31,940 bases of DNA. Origin: a virus (taxonomy: Duplodnaviria > Caudoviricetes). The notes under the pieces were generated by a model, which saw only the letters and a program-made list of their open reading frames with translations, ran no database searches and was not told the origin of the DNA. Location: positions 1 to 31,940 of the IMG/VR virus record IMGVR_UViG_3300030708_001387; one strand, given 5' to 3'. Positions 17,491 through 25,800 of the stretch are shown here, in pieces; the first letter of the stretch is position 1, and each line of letters begins with the position of its first letter. A program made the translations under genes and the position numbers.

Positions 17491-17661
17491 ATGAGTCCGT
17501 TTGATATTGCTTTTGATGAATTAAAGAAAAAATTGTGCCCTGAGGGTAAGGCTGCTGCTAAGAGGAAGTTCAAGGTCTATCCTTCAGCATATGCGAATGG
17601 TTGGGCTGTTCAATACTGCCGTGGAAAGTTCCGTAAGAAAAAGGGTGGGAAAAAGAAATGA
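17491..17661 (+). CDS. Small basic protein with SPFDIAFDELK tag and YPSAYANG module
   Basis: SD GGTGA at 17481-17485. AAAKRKFKVYPSAYANGWAVQYC is a recurrent marine viral motif. Confidence 0.7.
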   Translation: MSPFDIAFDELKKKLCPEGKAAAKRKFKVYPSAYANGWAVQYCRGKFRKKKGGKKK

Positions 17662-18395
17662 TGAGTTTTGAGAGGGGTAATGCTCCATGTTCTGTATGTG
17701 GTGTAGATAACCCCACTGAAAGATGTGGCGTTCACTCCTCTCATAATGCAGGTCAATGTCTATATTACGGTGAATCACAAAGAGAAGTCCGTAAAATGGA
17801 TGTTCTTGTAATTAAGAACCTGAACCGTTGGTTCAAAGAGAAGTGGGTAGACGTTAGTCGTAAAGACCCAAAGACAGGTAAGCATCCGCCTTGTGGTCGT
17901 TCCAAAGCAAAGAAAGGGAGTAAGGGTTATCCCAAGTGTCGTCCTTCTGTGCGTGTAAGTTCTAAAACACCAAAGACATCAGGTGAGATGACCAGTGGAC
18001 AGAAGCGAGCGGCCACTAAACGCAAACGTGCTAAGAAGCAAGGTGTTGGCGGCAAGCCTACTATTGTAAAAGGTGTATTAGTCAAAGCCCCTCGTATACC
18101 GCGAAAGAAAGGGCAACCTGCTAATTCAAAGAAGCACTCAGACCTCTATACCGATGAAAACCCAAAAGGAACTATTCACGGTTTGGGGTTTAAGAATCCT
18201 GCAAAGGCAAAACAATCTGTATCTAAAATTAAGAATAGCAGTCGTAGCCATGCTCATAAAACTCAAGCAGCGATTGCAATGGAACAAAGAGCAAGAGAAA
18301 TGGGTAAAACTTCTGAGGCTGGTGTCTATCGTAAGTTCATAGAGCAACAGAAAAAGAAAACCAAGTCAATGAAGAAAATGGTAGTCGTTAAGTAG
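17658..18395 (+). CDS. Basic three-module protein (Cys/His finger; RWFKEKWVD...YPKCRP; HSDLYTDENPKGTIHGLGF)
   Basis: Modules are separated by VLVIK|N and VLVK|A. The protein is very Lys-rich. Confidence 0.7.
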   Translation: MMSFERGNAPCSVCGVDNPTERCGVHSSHNAGQCLYYGESQREVRKMDVLVIKNLNRWFKEKWVDVSRKDPKTGKHPPCGRSKAKKGSKGYPKCRPSVRVSSKTPKTSGEMTSGQKRAATKRKRAKKQGVGGKPTIVKGVLVKAPRIPRKKGQPANSKKHSDLYTDENPKGTIHGLGFKNPAKAKQSVSKIKNSSRSHAHKTQAAIAMEQRAREMGKTSEAGVYRKFIEQQKKKTKSMKKMVVVK

Positions 18396-18413
18396 AGGTC
18401 ACTCGTGAGGTCA
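18395..18413 (-). promoter_or_regulatory. Inverted TGACCTC-N4-GTGACCTC tandem site (putative operator)
   Basis: Reverse complement is tgacctc-acga-gtgacctc, the same architecture as 39-57. It lies between TATA-like GTTAAGTA (18387-18394) and ATG 18418. Confidence 0.6.
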
Positions 18414-18417
18414 AAGT

Positions 18418-19635
18418 ATGTGGGGGTCGGCAGTCATAGAAGAATTGCCATCCTCTGTTGAGCAAGAGTTGAAAATCAACACGTTCAGTAAATCCTACGA
18501 GTTTTCACCGAACGGAGACGGTTGGTTTGAAACAAAGATGGGATGCTCCGCTGATGCTCTTGTAAAACGCCTTCGTAAAGCACGTCGTCACAACAAAGAC
18601 AACGTTGGGGAAATTGATGCATTTATTGATGATATTCGCACAATAAAATCACTTGAAACAGAGATGACTATTCGTAATCTTTCATGGGGTGACGGTTATG
18701 AAAACTCAATCAAAAACTTAGGTTTGTCTGATAGAACGTTAAAGCATCTTAGACAATTTGGAGAATCGAGAGCAGTGTCTCTCCAGCAAGCATGTAACTT
18801 ATGGGAGAAAGCAGATAGTGCCCTAAAGATGCTTGATGAGTTTGAAGATGTTTGGGGAGAAGAAGAGCAACGAGCATGGGCTGGTGCTATGCGTGACCGC
18901 TCAGATGCACGAAAAATGTGGAGGACGGCTTTGTTTCAATCTGATAAATTAACAAAGAAAGAGCAGGACTATCTCGATTTTGCATCCAATGAATTATTGG
19001 TAAAGGGACCAATGCGTGCTGTAGACATCATGGACAATCTTAGCGAAGAGGGTATTATTCACAAAGCATATACAGATAAGAAATTGGCTCGCCTTCTTTC
19101 TCTTTATGGTGAAGAATATGATATCATGAAAGGTGGTGAAAGAGGCACTTATGTAAGAGTGACAAATGAGGGGCTTGTTCTAAAAGATGCATGGGCATAT
19201 GGCGCAGGTTTCCTAGACGCTGATGGTTATATTGCAATCACTGAACGCGGAGAGCCTCGTGCTGGTATGATTGCAACTGGTGACCGTGGGCGTATACATT
19301 GTGAAGACCTCTACAAAACACTGGGTTGTGGTATTCTTCAGTTGGACAACAAGATTCACAAGAACTCTAAACGTAGTCAACATCGACTTCAATTCTACTC
19401 TAAGGCTGACCTTCGTAAGTTTTTGACCGGTGTTTTACCTCATCTAAAGATGAAATCTACTCAAGCAAAGGCGGTTCTAGCATATATTGATGAGAAGGAT
19501 AGCGCTCGGAAGGAAGAGTTGAAGCGCCTCGTGAGGTTCAAAAACTGGGAAGATGATGAGAAGAAATCAGTAGAACTCTTGTCTTCTTGGGGTGTTGATG
19601 CAGATACAATTGGAAAATACGCAGAGGGATTGTGA
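18418..19635 (+). CDS. Protein with helical/wHTH-like N-terminal region and a C-terminal single LAGLIDADG domain
   Basis: YGAGFLDADGYI at about 19198-19233, plus GCGILQ, HRLQF and VLPHLKMKSTQA typical of LAGLIDADG endonucleases. Confidence 0.75.
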   Translation: MWGSAVIEELPSSVEQELKINTFSKSYEFSPNGDGWFETKMGCSADALVKRLRKARRHNKDNVGEIDAFIDDIRTIKSLETEMTIRNLSWGDGYENSIKNLGLSDRTLKHLRQFGESRAVSLQQACNLWEKADSALKMLDEFEDVWGEEEQRAWAGAMRDRSDARKMWRTALFQSDKLTKKEQDYLDFASNELLVKGPMRAVDIMDNLSEEGIIHKAYTDKKLARLLSLYGEEYDIMKGGERGTYVRVTNEGLVLKDAWAYGAGFLDADGYIAITERGEPRAGMIATGDRGRIHCEDLYKTLGCGILQLDNKIHKNSKRSQHRLQFYSKADLRKFLTGVLPHLKMKSTQAKAVLAYIDEKDSARKEELKRLVRFKNWEDDEKKSVELLSSWGVDADTIGKYAEGL

Positions 19636-21377
19636 TGGTAGAAGAACAAACAGGTCCAGTCAGTCGTTTCTTATCGGCATTAGCCAGTCCTTTCCGTCGG
19701 CGCACCACACCTCAACCACAGATGCCTCTGTATACCACTGGTATTCAGGAGCCTGTTCTTGCGCAAGGTATCACTCTCCCTGCTTTGTATGCAGTGAGTC
19801 ATGAGAATCTGATTCTTAGGACTGTTCAATCTAAACTCAATCAAGAAATTTTTCGACGTGGTTTTCATTGGGAAAAGAAGTTTCGTAAGAAGTGCACTGA
19901 GTGCGATGAAGAGTTTCATCATGAAGTTGATGCATGCACAAGTTGTGGTGGGCAAGTTCGTGACCCTGACCCTGAGCAAGCCATCTATCCTAAGTGGTTA
20001 ATTAATCAAGAAAACTCTATGGAACAAACCTTCATGCAAGTGCTTTCTGAAATTGAAAATGACTTGAATATTGTTGACGATGCATTCCTTATTCTTGTAA
20101 AAGAATATTATGTGGACGCTGAAACAGGAGATGTTCAATTCTTTCGTGTAAAAGAAATCATTCGTGGTGACCCCATCTTTATGCGAATTATTGCAGATAA
20201 GCGTGGTGTTCGTGGTGGTCGTTACAAGATTTGTAGAATCCATCGTGACCAAGTGGCATATCCGGGTCAAGAACCTGCGTGTCAAATATGTGGTTCAAAA
20301 CTCGTTGACGCTCACTATGTGAATATGGCAGGTTCAGGAAAGAACCAGTATTACACGAAAGGTGAAGTTATCCACATAAGTAAGTATAATCCGTCTAAGT
20401 TGTATGGTCGTAGCCCTGTCAATACGATGTGGCGCCAAGCGATGAGCCTCACTGCGATGGATAATTACATTTACACAGCGTATCAAAAACGTCGAACTCC
20501 AAAAGGTATCATATCTGTTACAACTGATAATCTGGAGTCAATGAAATCGTTTTGGAAGTCCGTTGATGAGAAGATGGAACGTGACCCTCACTATGTTCCT
20601 AAAGTTGGAATCGAATCTTCCAGTGGTCGTGGTGGTGTAAATTGGGTTAAGTTCATGGACACATTAGAAGAGATGCAATACATTGCTGTGCGTGATGAAA
20701 TCCGTAACCGTATTGCTGCGTATTATGGTGTATCTAGCATCTTCATGATTGACAATGGAAAATCAGGTGGTCTAAACAACGAGGGTATGCAGATTCTTGT
20801 AACAAATCGTGCAGTTGAGTTTGGTCAGAAAGTATACACAGAAAACCTCTTTCCACGTATGTTGCGTGAAATGGATGTAAGTGATTGGAAACTTACACTT
20901 TACCCCAATGAAGAAGAGGATGAAATTACTCGTCTTCGACGCGATGAAATGGAAGTCAACTTGGCACAGAGAATGCAAATGTTAGGCTATCAACCTGAAC
21001 TAATGGAAGAAGGTGACCGAGACATCAGATTCGTTTATCGTAAGCAGGAAGAAGAACAAGCACCTGCGCCCGGCGGTGGTATGCCTCCGGGTGGAGCAAT
21101 GCCTCCGGGTGGAGCAATGCCTCCGGGTGGAGCAATGCCAATGAGAACAAGTATGCCTCGCGGTGGTGGTATGCCAATGCCACCCATACCCCCATCACAA
21201 CCCGGCGGTGAGGGCATGGGGATAAGAACACCAAGAAGTCCAGCAAGACCTCAGCAACGCGGCTCACCCGGCGCTGGCTCTCCTATAACAAGCGTTCAAC
21301 AACGTGGGCCAGCAGAAACTCTACAGCAAAGAAACTCTAACGCTTTGATTGACTCCCGAAGACCTCGTGGAGCATAA
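19632..21377 (+). CDS. Portal protein with Zn-ribbon insertions and a Pro/Gly/Met-rich tail
   Basis: EVIHISKYNPSKLYGRSPV, RNRIAAYYGVS and GGLNNEGMQ fit portal proteins, and the gene lies between terL and the protease/MCP. Confidence 0.85.
   Translation: MMVEEQTGPVSRFLSALASPFRRRTTPQPQMPLYTTGIQEPVLAQGITLPALYAVSHENLILRTVQSKLNQEIFRRGFHWEKKFRKKCTECDEEFHHEVDACTSCGGQVRDPDPEQAIYPKWLINQENSMEQTFMQVLSEIENDLNIVDDAFLILVKEYYVDAETGDVQFFRVKEIIRGDPIFMRIIADKRGVRGGRYKICRIHRDQVAYPGQEPACQICGSKLVDAHYVNMAGSGKNQYYTKGEVIHISKYNPSKLYGRSPVNTMWRQAMSLTAMDNYIYTAYQKRRTPKGIISVTTDNLESMKSFWKSVDEKMERDPHYVPKVGIESSSGRGGVNWVKFMDTLEEMQYIAVRDEIRNRIAAYYGVSSIFMIDNGKSGGLNNEGMQILVTNRAVEFGQKVYTENLFPRMLREMDVSDWKLTLYPNEEEDEITRLRRDEMEVNLAQRMQMLGYQPELMEEGDRDIRFVYRKQEEEQAPAPGGGMPPGGAMPPGGAMPPGGAMPMRTSMPRGGGMPMPPIPPSQPGGEGMGIRTPRSPARPQQRGSPGAGSPITSVQQRGPAETLQQRNSNALIDSRRPRGA
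21081..21139 (+). repeat. 18-bp tandem repeat (atgcctccgggtggagca) x3 encoding MPPGGA
   Basis: Exact copies at 21081, 21099 and 21117. Confidence 0.9.
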
Positions 21378-21421
21378 CTTCTTTTAATGGACAGGACTTA
21401 CGAAAGGATAGTGGTGCACGA

Positions 21422-21766
21422 ATGGACTTACAGAAGATGAATCCTTTGGCTCGAAAAATGATGGTCCATAGCGAGGCTTTTACGAAGGCTCTTGAAGATG
21501 GAAATACGAATGCTGCTCACGACCATATCGTGGAAGTTCTCAAATTTGCTGAGTATCTTTCTCAGGATGTTTCAAATCATATTGCAAAATCACAAGACAT
21601 CGGTTTTACTCTTGAACCAGTCATGGTTCGCAAAATGAATGAAAGTGGTCAGAAATTCGATGTAGCATCTCGTGACCGCGTTCTACCGGGAACCATTATT
21701 CCTGCCCGAACCCACACAGGTTTGCGCCCACATCACGGAACTTTTGGGAGATACACGCCTCAGTGA
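21422..21766 (+). CDS. Hypothetical head-module protein
   Basis: 114-aa ORF with FTK|A and IAK|S junction-like sites. Confidence 0.65.
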   Translation: MDLQKMNPLARKMMVHSEAFTKALEDGNTNAAHDHIVEVLKFAEYLSQDVSNHIAKSQDIGFTLEPVMVRKMNESGQKFDVASRDRVLPGTIIPARTHTGLRPHHGTFGRYTPQ

Positions 21767-21775
21767 GTTGATTTA

Positions 21776-22099
21776 ATGGATGAGGAAGTTTCAGCGACCG
21801 AGCGTCTTATGACGACTCTTATCTCCAAGATGGAGAGCATGGACTCCGACCTTCAATCTCTAAAACGTGAAAATGCCATGCTTCGCAAAGCAGTGAATGA
21901 CCCAACTGCACTTCTTCGTAAGGCAGGTTTTATCGCCACAATGACTCCTTTGAGTGAGGACGTTGAAACAGATATGTTCCGCTCTGACGAAGGTGTTCTT
22001 CTCAAAGCAAACGATTCTTTTACCAATGAAGAGATTCATCTCATGAGTTGGGAAGAAATACACGATATGGCTGAACAAGCAAAAAGCACAGAGGTATGA
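21776..22099 (+). CDS. Small scaffold-like coiled-coil protein with C-terminal MSWEEIH motif
   Basis: Heptad coiled coil. The C-terminal motif is shared with the protease-scaffold protein. Confidence 0.65.
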   Translation: MDEEVSATERLMTTLISKMESMDSDLQSLKRENAMLRKAVNDPTALLRKAGFIATMTPLSEDVETDMFRSDEGVLLKANDSFTNEEIHLMSWEEIHDMAEQAKSTEV

Positions 22100-22818
22100 A
22101 AATGCGACCAATCCCATCTCCCGCAAGTCACGAAGCAATTACACAGTTAGAACGCGCTCAACGCCTTCTTGAAAAGGCTGAGAAGTTAGAGATGGTCGAG
22201 CATGAAGGGAAGAAAGTTCCTGCTTTTGCCGCTGATGGTAAGGGCGCGAAGGACATGAAAGAAAAGGGAGAAGGTCACGAGCAGAAAATTATCTCTTGCC
22301 TCAAAAAGAAAGGTGGCGCTGCCAGCCTTGAAGAGTGTGCTAAAGAATGCGGTGTATCTCCTGAAGAATGTAAGAAAATCATCAAGCGAATGGATAATGT
22401 CAAGATGTCCCCTCATGGTGATGTCATTCTAATGGATGGTTTAGAAAAAGGTAGTAAGAAGTGTCCTGAGTGTGGTGAAGATATGAACAAAGGCGCTTGC
22501 ATGAAGATGGGATGCGGTGGAAAGATGAATGTAGAAAAGTCCGAAATGGGCACTCAACCGGGTTTCGCAACATCATTCAACTCTGACCCCGGTGGAGTTA
22601 TGTTCATGGCTGAAAGCGGTGGACAAACACGCAGTGCTTACTACACAACCAATCAGTATCTATACGGTGGAGAGGATGTTGCTAACAAAGGCGCAACATC
22701 TGAATCAATTACTATGGACAAGTTGTCCGGTCAGTTGAACCCCCATGACGGCGGTGGAGTTGACCGTCAAGTTGTAGACGGAATCCTCAGTAAGATGCGA
22801 AGCATGTTAGAATCCTGA
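22096..22818 (+). CDS. Modular head-associated protein (KKVPAFAADGKG motif, HTH-like module, Cys cluster)
   Basis: Modules are separated by LEK|A, KEK|G, LEK|G and VEK|S. Confidence 0.65.
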   Translation: MKMRPIPSPASHEAITQLERAQRLLEKAEKLEMVEHEGKKVPAFAADGKGAKDMKEKGEGHEQKIISCLKKKGGAASLEECAKECGVSPEECKKIIKRMDNVKMSPHGDVILMDGLEKGSKKCPECGEDMNKGACMKMGCGGKMNVEKSEMGTQPGFATSFNSDPGGVMFMAESGGQTRSAYYTTNQYLYGGEDVANKGATSESITMDKLSGQLNPHDGGGVDRQVVDGILSKMRSMLES

Positions 22819-22830
22819 GGGTGACGAAGT

Positions 22831-25800
22831 GTGCGCGAAGATGCTGTTGACACTTACATTCGCTCAAGAGGCGAGTTGCTAAAGTCAATTCTTGATGGCG
22901 CAGATTATGACCTCAGTGTCGGTAACTACATTGCCGCTCAAATCAATCTTGAGCGTCATGGATATGTGATAGAGAAGACAACAGACGATTTGTTGTGTGA
23001 CTATGTTGTTCGTAAGGAACTGTCTGATGAACAATTAGCGCAAATTGAGGCTCTTCGTGCGGAAGCACAAGGTGCTGACCTTGAAACTAAATTCCAAATC
23101 TCTGACAAAATTAGAGAGATTGAGTTGTCTGCTGAAGGGAAAGAGAAAAAAGAAGAAGAAGGCGATGTGAAAGAAAGAAAGTTTCGCTTCCGTCGTGGCG
23201 CTGAGTTTGTTGTGCCTAATCACACATGGACAAATGGTTATGACGAACATAGTTTAGAAGATTCTCATGCGCTTTGGCCTAACGCTCCTTTCGATGAACT
23301 CCGCTCCCACGGTGGCGATAAACATCCAATGATGGAAACAGTTCACCCACATCTCCAAAAAAATCATGTTACTGGTTATCCAAATTGGATACAAACTCTA
23401 CATGATTTTTACCTTCCTTCTGAGAAAGGGGGTGAATCGTTATCACAACGCTATGCCTATCACGAAAGCGCTGAGGATAAATATCATCGTAAAAAAGACC
23501 ATGGTTTAGTAAATGGTGAAGATAGAGAAGACGTGATGACTGGGAAGATGGTAAAACATCAGCCATATCTTGGTCCTTTGGAACAGAGTGGTGCTCTCTC
23601 ACATCTTCATGACATCTACGAAAGAAATTATCACGATTGGAAAGAAAGCAATCCAAAAATTGTTGATGAGATTACAAAAGAGAATCCCATCACAGAAGAC
23701 CATGAGTTTCTTCTTAGACAAATGCATTTCAAAGAGGCAGCAGAAGGCTGGATGAATGAGGATAAAAATATCAATTTCACAATGGGTGATTATGCAAAGG
23801 GCACTGACATATATGACCTTAGTGAAGAAGAAATGGCGGGTTATAATATTCGTGGAAGCCTTGGGCATAAGGGGTATCTTTTTGGTCTTGAGTTTCTAAA
23901 ACCAAAGCAACGTCACCTTGTTATGAGGCATCTGCATGAAAAAGGAAGTGATGCTCATGACGCTCAGGTCATCGACATTGGTGATGGACAGAAACTTTCA
24001 ATGGGGCGCATTAAAAGAAATATTGCACAAAGGTTTACTCCTGAGTTTTTACACTATCAACGCTCTACTCATATATCCGGCCCAAATATGCATCCCACTC
24101 ACGTGGAATCTGACAAAGACCATCCAAAAGCAGTGGAAATGGCATCAGCACTTCATATGATTCCTGCTCTCTATACTCATGAGATGGAAGATGGACGTGT
24201 CGCTGCTGAGCATCTTCTTGATGGAATTAACAATCATCTTTATGGTGGAGACGAAGAGGATGAAGAGGGCAACAGAATACACCTTAGCGACTTACCTGAC
24301 CTTGGAAAAATAGCCGTTTATAACAAAGAAGCGCAGAAGATGGTTGACGATGGTATTGTCGATACAGTCGGTGATGGTATCCGAAACATCTTGAGAAGAG
24401 AAGATGGTGGTAGTGTATTTTCTAATCATAAGCAATTACTGAATATGGTCGGATATAATGAAAGTTTAGATACAGCACACGAATCCAATGCTCATCCTAT
24501 ATTCCCTGATTTTGACCAACCGTTTCTTTCTAAAGATACGATGGAAGAGGTTATGAAAATAGCCGGTAAAATGGGTGATAAAGCCTTTGTTGCTAAAGAT
24601 ATTCGTAATGGAGATTCTTTTCATTACTTGGGTGTAAATGGCCCAAGGCTTGAAGATATTGACCCTGATTTTAGAGACGCATGGTTAATTGGACCGGATG
24701 GACATCCAGTTGGTTTGTCTGCTCATTTTGCAAGAACGTTTCAAGAGCAAGGAGGAAGGGGGAGAAGTCCACTGTCTTTGCTTCAAATTATGCATCAATC
24801 TCTACCAAAAGATGACGCTGGTTTTTCATTAATTGGAAGAATTGGACCTAATGGTATGTTTGAACCTAATCAAAAGACGCTTGGATTATTTGGTCGTTAT
24901 CTCCCCATACTCAGTGACAAACACAATCATGAGTTATTTGGCTCTCATGGAATACAAAGCCTGTGGGAATCAACTTCACCACAACAACTTAAAGGTGGTA
25001 AAAATCCTCGAACCTTAAAGAATAGAGCAGGTGAAAGTCGCTCAAACTTTTCAAAAAGTTACGCAAATAAAACACACGGTAAAACTCAAAAATCAATAAA
25101 CGCAGAATTTGGTCAGGCGACAACGAAGGCTAAAGATTCAAGATTATGGGGTAAAGGATTTTTCTCCACTGAACCCCTTATGGCGATTGGTGGTATGGGG
25201 CAAAAAGCAACTCAAACCATCAATAATGCTCGAAATGCACATGCTCGTAAAACTGCGTTTGGCCATGTCGCACCTCCTCATAAACCGAATAAAACAGGAG
25301 TGCTTACTCGTCTGCAAATGATGAGATTAGATGAAGAAAAATTATCACATGGAGATGCAGGAAGGTTTGGGGAACACCAGAACTTTTCAGGTAAAAGACA
25401 AGAAGAAATGGATTTATCATCAGAAGAAATAGAAAGCATGGAAGCACAAATGGATGTTTTAATCCGAAATATTGATGAAAGTAAAAACGCTGATGAGAAG
25501 AAAAAGTTTCAAGAAGAACTTCATGAGTTAGAAAGAAATTATGAAAATCTAACAGGTTTACGAGAAAGAGGGCAAAGTATCACGAGTCATTTTAAAGATT
25601 ATGATAATAAGCGAAACGCTGACAAAGATGCGATTTTTAACATGGCTAAGATTTTGAAACCTATAATGGAAGAAGCAGACCCTACTGCTTTTGATACTTC
25701 TAATCCTGAGAAAGCAATGTCCAATATGGCGGCGTTACTTCAAGATGCAAATCGAGCGTTACTCTCACTACCTCATGAAGCACATGGTCTAACGACGTAT

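Noticed and set aside
18418-19635. LAGLIDADG domain as part of an intein or intron
   Set aside because: No Cys/Ser start or His-Asn end splice motifs, and the flanking genes are uninterrupted.
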